The notes under the pieces were generated by a model. The model made no database searches and was not told the DNA's origin. It saw nothing but the letters and a program-made list of their open reading frames with translations. Source: an uncultured Eubacteriales bacterium (GTDB lineage: Bacteria; Bacillota; Clostridia; Oscillospirales; Acutalibacteraceae). Taken from it: 38,506 nucleotides of DNA. The stretch lies in the NCBI GenBank assembly GCA_934476025.1, contig CAKSNI010000001.1, positions 1-38,506 on the forward strand, written 5' to 3'. The stretch's first letter is position 1, and every line of letters starts with the position of its first letter. A program made the translations under genes and the position numbers. Below are positions 8,236 to 16,307 of this stretch, piece by piece.

Positions 8236-9297
8236 TCAAAGAATCTCCGGCAGGCCGAGCATCCCGGCCAGAACATTGCCGATCCCGCGAGCCATGCGGT
8301 AAAACCCGAGATCGTTCGGGTGACACCCATCGACCGTGCAGCTTTGTTTGAGCGGCCCGTCCAGCAAACGGGAGCCGTCAACAAAGGCCACATTCCGATC
8401 CCCCGCGGCGACGGCTTTTTCATAACTTTCCTCAATAATCCGACGGCGGGCACGAAATGCTTCGGTTAAAACCGGTACCGGGGCTGTTACCATGAGAATC
8501 GGCACCTGCGGATGGGCCTTTCGTACCGTTTCGTAAAACGGAAAATGGGTAGCCTTCAAATGCTCGGGGCTGGGGGTATTATGATCATAATCCAACACAA
8601 AAGCCAGCATATCCTGCCGGGCAATGTATTCCGCCATCACCGGTTCCCCTTTGGCATTGCCGGAAAAGCCGAAATTGAGGCGGTTCACCCCCAGACGCTG
8701 ACAAATGATCGCGTCATACGCATTGCCGGGGCGGGAAGCCGCCGCGCCGTGGGTAATCGACGAGCCGTAAAAAACCACCGGTTTTTCCCCCATCCGGTAG
8801 GGGGTTCCCTTTGAAAGGGAGGAAAGACCGCTGATCCCGATTTTACAATCGAGAACCGGCATAAAGACCGGCAGATACAGCACATATTCCCGGTTTTCCT
8901 TCGGAAGACTCAGGCAGCCCTCATATTCCCCGTAAGCGGATTCCACCGTCGGCAGACGGAAGGTATTGACAAAGGTTTCGGTCTGATCGGCTTCCACCCG
9001 ATAAAGATCGATGCCCGAAACCCCGCAGGGGCTCATAATCGTAGGAAAACAATCCGGTTTCAGCCGGGCATGGATCGCAATATAAGGAGAATCGGTGGCA
9101 AACCGGATGCGGCCGCCGGTGCATTCTTCCCCAAAGCCCGAAAGAATCGGAAAATCCTCCGGCAGTCGGCGGAAAGAATGAGCCGGGTCGCACAGACCGT
9201 ACACGGTAAAAGGAGCCTGTTTGGCATCGTACCACACCAGATCTTCCTTTTCCACCTTGCCCGGAACAATCATATTCTGATCAACAATTTTCCCCAT
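8236..9297 (-). CDS. SGNH/GDSL-family hydrolase (carbohydrate esterase-like) with an N-terminal beta-rich domain; no signal peptide
   Basis: Block I is VVFYGSSITHG, with NFGFSGNAKGE and the C-terminal catalytic D-x-x-H (DGCHPND). The start lies 12 nt after the dut stop. Confidence 0.8.
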   Translation of the reverse strand: MGKIVDQNMIVPGKVEKEDLVWYDAKQAPFTVYGLCDPAHSFRRLPEDFPILSGFGEECTGGRIRFATDSPYIAIHARLKPDCFPTIMSPCGVSGIDLYRVEADQTETFVNTFRLPTVESAYGEYEGCLSLPKENREYVLYLPVFMPVLDCKIGISGLSSLSKGTPYRMGEKPVVFYGSSITHGAAASRPGNAYDAIICQRLGVNRLNFGFSGNAKGEPVMAEYIARQDMLAFVLDYDHNTPSPEHLKATHFPFYETVRKAHPQVPILMVTAPVPVLTEAFRARRRIIEESYEKAVAAGDRNVAFVDGSRLLDGPLKQSCTVDGCHPNDLGFYRMARGIGNVLAGMLGLPEIL

Positions 9298-9309
9298 GCT
9301 GTTTCCTCC

Positions 9310-9747
9310 TCACCGGCCGGTAGAACCAAACCCTCCGTCGCCCCGCAGGGTTTCGTCCAGTTGATCCACTTCACAGAATTCCGCAGGCAAAAAAGGCAGA
9401 ATGACCAATTGGGCAATGCGTTCCCCGTTGGCAATTTCCCGTTCGGTATCGGTATCGTTGTGCAGCGCCACCATATATTCGCCGCGATAATCGCTGTCGG
9501 CTACCCCGACACAGTTTGCCGGGCGCAGCCCCTGTTTGGCCGCCAGACCGCTCCGGGCAAAAATGGCCCCGAAATAACCGTCCGGCACCGCAATGGCCAG
9601 CCCGGTTCCCACCTTGGCGGTGGCATGAGGGGCAATTTCCAGCGTGGGGGTTTCCAGGCAGGCGTACAGATCATAGCCGGCCGCTTTTTCGCTTCCCCGG
9701 GTGGGGATCACCGCCCCATCCCGCAATTTCTGAATTTCAATTTTCAT
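9310..9747 (-). CDS. dut: dUTP diphosphatase
   Basis: All trimeric dUTPase motifs are present: AAGYDLY, ARSGLA, GVADSDYRGE, GERIAQL, GGFGSTG. Confidence 0.95.
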   Translation of the reverse strand: MKIEIQKLRDGAVIPTRGSEKAAGYDLYACLETPTLEIAPHATAKVGTGLAIAVPDGYFGAIFARSGLAAKQGLRPANCVGVADSDYRGEYMVALHNDTDTEREIANGERIAQLVILPFLPAEFCEVDQLDETLRGDGGFGSTGR

Positions 9748-9750
9748 GCC

Positions 9751-10272
9751 TTACTCCTGCACCGTGATCACGGTGCCTTCCTTTCTGGTTGCATTCATAT
9801 CAATCAGCCGTTGATTTTCGCTTCCGCGGAATTTCAGCCGCAGATTTTTCTTTTCCTTTTCATACCGCCCGTCCACCAATACATCGATATAGGAAAGCAT
9901 TTCCTCGGTAACGGGGGTGTGGGGATAACTGCCCGGAGTCAGTAGCTGTTCCAGTACAAAACCGGTGTAACACCAAATGTCTTTTTGGGGAAGCTGGCGG
10001 CGGATACAGCTGAGCAGCGCCGTCAGGGTCGGCTGATTGGCCGGTTCAAACGGTTCCCCCCCGAGAAGGGAAAACCCCCGTACAAAATCCGGCCGAAGCA
10101 GAGAGAGGATTTCCTGTTGGGTTTGCGCGGTAAAGGGCTGACCGTAATGAAAATCCCAGGTTACTTTGTTAAAACAGTCCTCACAGGCATTGGTACAGCC
10201 GGACACAAACAGCGCCACCCGTACACCGGGACCGTTGGCAATATCCCGACGCTTAATTTCTCCGTAATACAT
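9751..10272 (-). CDS. nrdG: anaerobic ribonucleoside-triphosphate reductase activating protein (radical SAM)
   Basis: CTNACEDC (CxxxCxxC) sits near the N-terminus and the size is NrdG-like. ATG 10272 lies 4 nt after the nrdD stop. The longer ORF-track start at 10368 overlaps nrdD and is rejected. Confidence 0.9.
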   Translation of the reverse strand: MYYGEIKRRDIANGPGVRVALFVSGCTNACEDCFNKVTWDFHYGQPFTAQTQQEILSLLRPDFVRGFSLLGGEPFEPANQPTLTALLSCIRRQLPQKDIWCYTGFVLEQLLTPGSYPHTPVTEEMLSYIDVLVDGRYEKEKKNLRLKFRGSENQRLIDMNATRKEGTVITVQE

Positions 10273-10276
10273 AGGC

Positions 10277-12454
10277 TTACAGATGCAATACCCTTTCTTT
10301 GATTTCCTGCGTTCTGCCCTGGTTCCAGAACTGGGTGCCGATGTATCCGCAGGTACGGCGGGCCACATTCATTTTCGACTGATCGGTATTGCCGCAATTC
10401 GGGCATTTCCAGATCAGTTTTCCGCTTTCGTCCTCTACAATTTCAATTTCGCCGTCATATCCGCACACCTGGCAATAGTCACTCTTGGTGTTCAGTTCGG
10501 CGTACATGATGTGATTGTAGATATACTTCATCACTTCCAGCACCGCTTCGATGTTGTTCTGCATATTCGGAACCTCCACATAGGAAATCGCTCCGCCGGG
10601 AGAAAGCGCCTGGAATTTGGCTTCCAGCTCCAGTTTTTCGAACGCGTCAATCGGTTCGGTAACATGAACATGATAACTGTTGGTGATATAGGAACGATCG
10701 GTAACCCCTTTGATGATGCCGAAGCGCTTTTGCAGGCATTTGGCAAACTTGTAGGTGGTGCTTTCCAGCGGCGTTCCGTACAGCGAATAATCGATATTTT
10801 CCGCCGCCTTCCATTTAGCGGTGTATTCGTTGAGTTTCCGCATGATGGCCAGCCCGAGTTCCTCCCCGGCCGGTTCGGTCAGCTTTTTGCCGGTCAGCGC
10901 ATACACACACTCCCACAGCCCGGCATACCCCAGCGAAAGGGTGGAATAGCCGCCGTGCAGCAGCTTGTCAATGGTTTCGCCCTTGTTCAAACGGGCCAGC
11001 GCTCCATGCTGCCACAGAATCGGAGCCGCATCCGACAGCGTGCCGGTGAGGCGTTCGTGACGGCATTGCAGCGCCCGGTGGCAAAGTTCCATGCGCTCAT
11101 CAAAGACCTTCCAGAATTCCTCCAGACTGCCGTTGGCGCTCAACCCGATATCCACCAGGTTCACGGTAACAACCCCCTGGTTAAAGCGGCCGTAATACTT
11201 CGGCTGGCCGTTTTCATCCACATACGGGGTCAAAAAGCTGCGGCAGCCCATGCAGGTATAGCAATGGCCTTCGCCGTTTTTGTCAATTTTGTTCTGCAGC
11301 ATGATTTTTTCGGAAATATAATCCGGCACCATGCGTTTGGCCGTGCATTTGGCCGCCAGTTCGGTCAAATACCAGTATTTGGATCCTTCGGAAATGTTGT
11401 CCTCTTCCAACACATAAATCAGCTTCGGGAAGGCCGGAGTAATCCAGACGCCCTTTTCGTTTTTCACGCCCTGATAACGCTGTTTGAGAACTTCTTCGAT
11501 AATGAGCGCCAAATCGTGTTTGGTTTGCGGATCCTTGGCTTCGTTCAGATACATGAACACCGTTACAAAGGGAGCCTGGCCATTGGTGGTCATCAGCGTA
11601 ACCACCTGATACTGAATCATCTGAACCCCGCGGCGGATTTCTTCCAGCAGGCGTTTTTCGGCGATTTTTTCCACCTTATCCCGGGTCACAATGTCCCCGA
11701 TATCGGAAAGTTCTTCCGCCACTTCCCGGCGGATTTTTTCACGGCTGACCTGTACAAACGGTGCCAAATGGGTCAGACTGATGCTCTGACCGCCGTACTG
11801 ACAGGAGGCCACCTGGGCAATGATCTGCGTTGCGATATTGCAGGCCGTGGAAAAACTGTGCGGCTTTTCAATGAGGGTGCCGGAAATAACCGTGCCGTTC
11901 TGCAGCATATCCTCCAGATTCACCAGATCGCAGTTGTGCATATGCTGAGCAAAATAGTCGGCATCGTGGAAATGCAGAATCCCCTGTTCGTGCGCCTCGA
12001 CCACATCTCTGGGCAGCAGAATCCGACGGGTGATATCCTTGCTGACCTCGCCGGCCATATAGTCCCGCTGAACCGAGTTGACCGTCGGGTTTTTATTGGA
12101 ATTTTCCTGTTTGACCTCTTCGTTGTTGCATTCAATCAACGACATGATCTGTTCGTCGGTAGTGTTCGATTTCCGTACCAGCGCCCGGGTATACCGATAG
12201 GTAATGTAGTTTCTGGCAACACTGAAGGCGCGCTGATTCATGATCTGGTCTTCCACCATATCCTGAATTTCTTCCACGCTCAGAGAACGGTTGATGTTGC
12301 TGCAGGCCATTTCCACATCTTCGGCAATCCGCTTGATCTGAATCGGCGTCATGCGTTCACTGGCCACAACGCTTTCGTTGGCTTTTGCGACCGCGCGAAC
12401 GATTTTCTGTGCGTCAAAATCGGTTTCCCGCCCGCTTCGTTTGATGATTTTCAT
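10277..12454 (-). CDS. nrdD: anaerobic (class III) ribonucleoside-triphosphate reductase
   Basis: N-terminal ATP-cone (KIIKRSGRETDFDAQKI), a C-terminal Zn ribbon (CQVCGY...CPNCG) and a glycyl-radical motif (RRTCGYIG). ATG 12454 is preceded by GGAGG. Confidence 0.95.
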   Translation of the reverse strand: MKIIKRSGRETDFDAQKIVRAVAKANESVVASERMTPIQIKRIAEDVEMACSNINRSLSVEEIQDMVEDQIMNQRAFSVARNYITYRYTRALVRKSNTTDEQIMSLIECNNEEVKQENSNKNPTVNSVQRDYMAGEVSKDITRRILLPRDVVEAHEQGILHFHDADYFAQHMHNCDLVNLEDMLQNGTVISGTLIEKPHSFSTACNIATQIIAQVASCQYGGQSISLTHLAPFVQVSREKIRREVAEELSDIGDIVTRDKVEKIAEKRLLEEIRRGVQMIQYQVVTLMTTNGQAPFVTVFMYLNEAKDPQTKHDLALIIEEVLKQRYQGVKNEKGVWITPAFPKLIYVLEEDNISEGSKYWYLTELAAKCTAKRMVPDYISEKIMLQNKIDKNGEGHCYTCMGCRSFLTPYVDENGQPKYYGRFNQGVVTVNLVDIGLSANGSLEEFWKVFDERMELCHRALQCRHERLTGTLSDAAPILWQHGALARLNKGETIDKLLHGGYSTLSLGYAGLWECVYALTGKKLTEPAGEELGLAIMRKLNEYTAKWKAAENIDYSLYGTPLESTTYKFAKCLQKRFGIIKGVTDRSYITNSYHVHVTEPIDAFEKLELEAKFQALSPGGAISYVEVPNMQNNIEAVLEVMKYIYNHIMYAELNTKSDYCQVCGYDGEIEIVEDESGKLIWKCPNCGNTDQSKMNVARRTCGYIGTQFWNQGRTQEIKERVLHL

Positions 12455-12476
12455 AAAGACACCTCCACTGTTGAAA

Positions 12477-12492
12477 CCACAATATATTGTGG
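12477..12492 (-). promoter_or_regulatory. perfect 16-bp palindrome CCACAATATATTGTGG, NrdR-box-like operator in the nrdD leader
   Basis: The sequence is an exact inverted repeat and matches the general NrdR box pattern (CAC-w-AT-rich-w-GTG). It lies between the predicted -10 and the RBS. Confidence 0.6.
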
Positions 12493-12537
12493 ATATGGAA
12501 AAAATAAATCGCAACTTATAAGCATTTGAGCCTTATT

Positions 12538-12565
12538 ATTATAACACACAAAATCACAAATGCAA
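12538..12565 (-). promoter_or_regulatory. candidate nrdD promoter (TTGCAT-16 nt-TATAAT on the minus strand)
   Basis: Reverse complement: TTGCAT at 12565-12560 and TATAAT at 12543-12538. Confidence 0.5.
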
Positions 12566-12576
12566 GCGAAAAAGGG

Positions 12577-12595
12577 GACAAAAATATAATTTGTG
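12577..12595 (-). promoter_or_regulatory. imperfect second NrdR-like box (CACAAATTATATTTTTGTC)
   Basis: An ACAAA...TTTGT inverted repeat around an AT-rich core, just upstream of the -35. The match is much weaker than for the first box. Confidence 0.3.
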
Positions 12596-12661
12596 AAAAT
12601 CACCAAATTTTCTCCGCTTTTTTTGTCGGCGGCACCAGTCTTTTTCAAATCTCCCGTTTTT

Positions 12662-12685
12662 AAAAAGCCGACCAAAAGAGTCGGC
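12662..12685 (-). terminator. hairpin GCCGAC/GTCGGC followed by T5 (minus strand)
   Basis: The minus strand reads GCCGAC-TCTTTTG-GTCGGC-TTTTTAAAAA. This is the second of two tandem terminators before the nrdD promoter. Confidence 0.5.
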
Positions 12686-12794
12686 AGGAGGGACTCAAAG
12701 GAACCGATCGAAAGATACGGCGAAAGGCCCCGCAAAAACAATCGGCGAAAGCAGGAAGCACAACCGGAAAAGAACGCCGACATATCCGGGCAGC

Positions 12795-12821
12795 AAAAAG
12801 CCGCCCCCGATTGGGGGCGGC
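12795..12821 (-). terminator. rho-independent terminator of the anchored cohesin-like gene
   Basis: The minus strand reads GCCGCCCCC-AATC-GGGGGCGGC-TTTTTGCTG. Confidence 0.8.
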
Positions 12822-12855
12822 CGTTTATTTGCTCAAAATCTCTGGTTCAACGAAA

Positions 12856-14484
12856 TCAGCGAGCCAATTTCTTTTTGGTGATAACCAGGGCAGCAGCCAG
12901 AGCCATCATCGCCAGGCCGGCAAAGAGAACTACATCAACAGCATCAGCCGTTCCGGCTTTGGCCGGGATTTCGTCAGCGCCGAGGATATAATTGGCGGTC
13001 AGATCTGCCGTGAAGATCAGCTTGCCGTTTTCGAATTTGGAATCGATCTTGACGAACTGATCGTTATCACGAGAAGTATAAACCGCAAAGTTTTCGTACT
13101 TCTTGGTCAGGTCTTCGCCCTTGTCGCCGGCGTTGGTCAGGTCGATGGTTACTTCGCCATTGTGTTCGCCTTCGAGGAGGTCTACATACAGAGAATCAAA
13201 GAAGAAACCGGCAAGATTGGCCTTGCTTTCGGTCTTGATTTCTTCTTCAGGCTGGTATTCAACGAACTGCAAATCGCCCGGCAGCACCGGATCCGCATTC
13301 TTAACAGAAATGTTATCAGCAGCCTTGACTTCTTTTTCAAGTTTGTATTCTTCCTTGAATTCTTCGTACTTGCAGCCTTCATGGATGCAATAAAGACGAA
13401 TTTTACCGTTCTTTTCAGCGGTTGCTTTTTCGACGATTTCAACAACCAAACTGTGGCCGAGAGCCGCTACTTCATCCCGTTTCTGAACATCCTGGCAACG
13501 GGAGCATTCATAGTTGGTGTAGCCAGCTTCCGTACAGGTCGGCTCAACCGTATTCTTTTTCACATAATCGTGGCCGAGTTTATTCACCTTTTTGTCGGTG
13601 GTTTCATCGCAGCGAGAGCATTTGTAAACATCCATCCCGTCTTCGGTGCAGGTCGGAGCCACGCACTGATCGTCCAGCTTCACGGTGAAGTCATGGCCGA
13701 GGGCCTTGCCCTTTTCGGTTTTGGTTGCATCGCAGCGTTTGCACTTATAATTGGTGGTGCCGGGTTCGGTGCAGGTAGCGGTCGAAGTTCCGACAATTTC
13801 CCAATCATGATCCAAAGCCGGAATGGTTTCGGAACTCAGTTTCAGGCCGCATTTTTCGCAGACAACGGCCTTTTCACCGGTGGTTTCGCAGCCGGCTTCT
13901 TTGGTGATGACTTCCTTTTTGGTGTGGTCCGCATTCTGGAGGTAGAACCCGGTGTTCAGGGCTTCTACATTCAGTTTTTTGTTTTCTTCAAAACGGCAGC
14001 CGTCCATCCAATTAAAGGTAAAGGTATATTCCCCGTCTGCTGCCGGTTTTGCAAAGTATACATCCATCAGATGGCCGGTAGCCTTTACGCCACCTTTGGT
14101 AGGATTGGCATCCAGCACGCACTGGAACCCGGTTTTCTCGGTTCCCTCCGGGCTCGTACCGACAGTCCCGCCAAGGGTAACTTCAATATCCTTGATCGCA
14201 CCTTTGATGATGCTTCTGAACCCACTATCGACTTCTTCACTATCTGCAATAGCCAACAGATTATCATCGCTCAAAATCTGAAACCGAATAACAAATAAAT
14301 CAGCATCATCGGCCAAATAGTCCACATATACCGGGACCTTCAGATATCCGTTGGCCTCCACCACTTCGCCGATACGGAATTTGACATCCACAGCGGTTTC
14401 ATCCGCATGGGCAGCCATCATCGGAACAAGCAGAGAGGCAATCATTACGACAGAAATCAAAAGAGCCAAGACTTTCTTTTTCAT
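12856..14484 (-). CDS. secreted, C-terminally membrane-anchored protein: cohesin-like N-terminal module plus five ~39-aa Cys3His repeats; no dockerin
   Basis: Signal peptide MKKKVLALLISVVMIASLLVPMMAAHA. A cohesin-like beta module (LKVPVYVDYL...FVIRFQILSDD). Repeats of the form H-x(10-12)-C-x3-G-x5-6-C-x2-C. The C-terminal hydrophobic helix is followed by KKKLAR. ATG 14484 has an AAGG RBS; the GTG at 14493 is the alternative start. Confidence 0.75.
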   Translation of the reverse strand: MKKKVLALLISVVMIASLLVPMMAAHADETAVDVKFRIGEVVEANGYLKVPVYVDYLADDADLFVIRFQILSDDNLLAIADSEEVDSGFRSIIKGAIKDIEVTLGGTVGTSPEGTEKTGFQCVLDANPTKGGVKATGHLMDVYFAKPAADGEYTFTFNWMDGCRFEENKKLNVEALNTGFYLQNADHTKKEVITKEAGCETTGEKAVVCEKCGLKLSSETIPALDHDWEIVGTSTATCTEPGTTNYKCKRCDATKTEKGKALGHDFTVKLDDQCVAPTCTEDGMDVYKCSRCDETTDKKVNKLGHDYVKKNTVEPTCTEAGYTNYECSRCQDVQKRDEVAALGHSLVVEIVEKATAEKNGKIRLYCIHEGCKYEEFKEEYKLEKEVKAADNISVKNADPVLPGDLQFVEYQPEEEIKTESKANLAGFFFDSLYVDLLEGEHNGEVTIDLTNAGDKGEDLTKKYENFAVYTSRDNDQFVKIDSKFENGKLIFTADLTANYILGADEIPAKAGTADAVDVVLFAGLAMMALAAALVITKKKLAR

Positions 14485-14555
14485 AAGATTCACCTTTTCC
14501 TTTTTACAGTTTTTTCGTTTCTAAGTTTGCCCGGCAGGGACTTCACTTTAGTTTA

Positions 14556-14583
14556 ATTATACACAAAAACAAGCACTTGTCAA
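14556..14583 (-). promoter_or_regulatory. near-consensus promoter (TTGACA-16 nt-TATAAT, minus strand) for the 12856-14484 gene
   Basis: Reverse complement: TTGACA at 14583-14578 and TATAAT at 14561-14556. Confidence 0.6.
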
Positions 14584-14723
14584 TAGCAATTTTCAAATTG
14601 ATTGCCAATTTTTCCGGCAAAAAATGGCTTTTTCCGTCCCCTTTTGGCAAAAACGCCTCGCTTTTTTGTATTTCCGCGAAATCCGGCGGCCTGCCGACCG
14701 ATTCAAAGCGGCAGCGGCCGGAA

Positions 14724-15329
14724 TTATTCCAGCCCGGCCAGCCACTTCTTTAACAAGGAAAGATCCCTGGTATCAATGGTGCCGTCCCGGCTTAAATCGG
14801 CATAATCCTCCCGAAAATCCGTCACCGGCAGATTGGCCAGCCGTTTTTTCAGCACCGAAAGATCGGTGGTGTCAATGACCCCATCCCCGTTGATATCGCC
14901 CACCGTCGGAGCCGTTACCGTTACGCTTACCGCGGCATCCGGGAGGGATTCTTCCACCTCCCCGTCGGAATAGCAGCCATCGGTCATTTGAATGGAATAG
15001 GTTCCGGCCTGCCGGGCATAAAATGAAAAGGTCGCGGTGTAGGCGCCGTCGGTGGCGACAACCACCCGGAAGGCTTCCCCCTGACGGGTCACGCCGTTCG
15101 GCAGAGCAGTTGCCTCCAACGATCCCGGCACCTTTAAGGTATAGGAAAGCGCGTACATGGAATCTGCTTCCACCTGCACCGTGAGCGTGAAGGCTTCCCG
15201 AACCGCCACTTCCGAATTGGAAACCGTCAGTTCCGCTCCGGAAGCCGACGGACAAACCGCCGCCCCCAGCAGCCAAAGCAGCCCGATCAGAAAGCCGCCG
15301 ATTTTGCGGGCCCGTTTTCGTAAATTCAT
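14724..15329 (-). CDS. small secreted cohesin-like + type I dockerin protein
   Basis: Signal peptide (GGFLIGLLWLLGAAVCPSASG), a ~110-aa beta module, and a dockerin with two Ca-loop repeats (DINGDGVIDTTDLSVLKK, DLSRDGTIDTRDLSLLKK). Confidence 0.8.
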   Translation of the reverse strand: MNLRKRARKIGGFLIGLLWLLGAAVCPSASGAELTVSNSEVAVREAFTLTVQVEADSMYALSYTLKVPGSLEATALPNGVTRQGEAFRVVVATDGAYTATFSFYARQAGTYSIQMTDGCYSDGEVEESLPDAAVSVTVTAPTVGDINGDGVIDTTDLSVLKKRLANLPVTDFREDYADLSRDGTIDTRDLSLLKKWLAGLE

Positions 15330-15399
15330 AGTTATCCTTTCTGCTTTTCCGGGAAAACCCGGGCCTGATGGCTTTTGATGCGTTTTGATTTCGTTTAAT

Positions 15400-15432
15400 A
15401 AAGGACAGCAAGGCTCCCCTTTCCGGGGAGCC
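15400..15432 (-). terminator. hairpin GGCTCCCC/GGGGAGCC with a weak T-rich tail (minus strand)
   Basis: The minus strand reads GGCTCCCC-GGAAA-GGGGAGCC-TTGCTGTCCTTTATT. It lies downstream of the 15462-16118 gene. Confidence 0.45.
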
Positions 15433-15461
15433 GCAGTTTGTCATGATACTGAAAGGAACGC

Positions 15462-16118
15462 TCAGTGGGTTGTGGCCAGCAATTTCCGCAGAATCGCCAA
15501 ATCCGCAACATCCACATGACCGTTGGAATCCAGGTCCGGACCGTAAGCCGGATATTGCTCCGAAGAAACAATGTGATGTTTGAGCAAAATCAAATCGAGA
15601 ACATCCACTTTCCCGTCGTTATCGATATCGCCTCTTTTGAAGGAAGCCACCGTAATCAGGCAGGTCGAACCGAGCAGTGCCACTTCGTCGGCCCCGGTGT
15701 AGGCTTTTACCTTCAGAACAACCTGAGCATTGCCGACGATTTTTCCTTCAAAGTTCAGGTAAGCAACGCAGTCGTCGGTATCGGCGTTGGTGTTATAGTT
15801 CACCGTAACCGTATTGCCGTTAAGGACGGCCGTTCCGCGAACCCCGTTCAGCACTTCGGTGAGCGCAACCCCCTCGGCGGCTTCCACCGTGATTTCCAGC
15901 CTGGTAACGCCGGGGTTATCCCGAATCATCAGCGGAACCAAAGTTGAGGACCCCAAAGCAACGGTCGCATCTTCAAAATAGACAGCGCCGGTTCCGAAAA
16001 GATCGCCGGCACCGATATGCCCGTCATCGGTATTAACGGTATAGGCCGCGGCGCTCAGAGAAAAGGCCGAAAAAACCAGCAGTACGGCCAGGAAAATCGA
16101 AAGGATTTTTTTCATCAT
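15462..16118 (-). CDS. small secreted cohesin-like + type I dockerin protein
   Basis: Signal peptide MMKKILSIFLAVLLVFSAFSLSAAA, a cohesin-like block (LVPLMIRDNPGVTRLEITVEAAEG) and a dockerin (DIDNDGKVDVLDLILLK, DLDSNGHVDVADLAILRK). ATG 16118 has a GAGG RBS; the ORF-track start at 16124 is TTG. Confidence 0.8.
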   Translation of the reverse strand: MMKKILSIFLAVLLVFSAFSLSAAAYTVNTDDGHIGAGDLFGTGAVYFEDATVALGSSTLVPLMIRDNPGVTRLEITVEAAEGVALTEVLNGVRGTAVLNGNTVTVNYNTNADTDDCVAYLNFEGKIVGNAQVVLKVKAYTGADEVALLGSTCLITVASFKRGDIDNDGKVDVLDLILLKHHIVSSEQYPAYGPDLDSNGHVDVADLAILRKLLATTH

Positions 16119-16166
16119 GCACAACCTCGTTTCAGTATTGTCCTTCCTTTTTGGTCTGCTTTCCTC

Positions 16167-16195
16167 AGTTTAGCATAATCAGCGCATTTTGTCAA
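16167..16195 (-). promoter_or_regulatory. candidate promoter (TTGACA-17 nt-TAAACT, minus strand)
   Basis: Reverse complement: TTGACA at 16195-16190 and TAAACT at 16172-16167. Confidence 0.45.
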
Positions 16196-16307
16196 TTCTA
16201 TTTTTGCCGCTTTTCCCCAAAAAACAGTTGCTTTCCGGGCAAAAACTTGATAAAATAACACTTGGAAAATTTTTTCATACAAATTGACAAAAAGCGGAGG
16301 AATCCGA

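Noticed and set aside
10283-12529. 748-aa ORF on the plus strand, exactly antisense to nrdD
   Set aside because: This is a shadow ORF. Its product is low-complexity and Gly/Phe/His/Arg-rich, with no recognisable motif, while the opposite strand encodes a complete NrdD with all signature motifs.
12593-12991. 132-aa highly basic ORF in the nrdD-upstream region
   Set aside because: It runs straight through two terminator hairpins and into the 3' end of the convergent cohesin-like gene. It has no RBS, and its composition is consistent with random intergenic translation.
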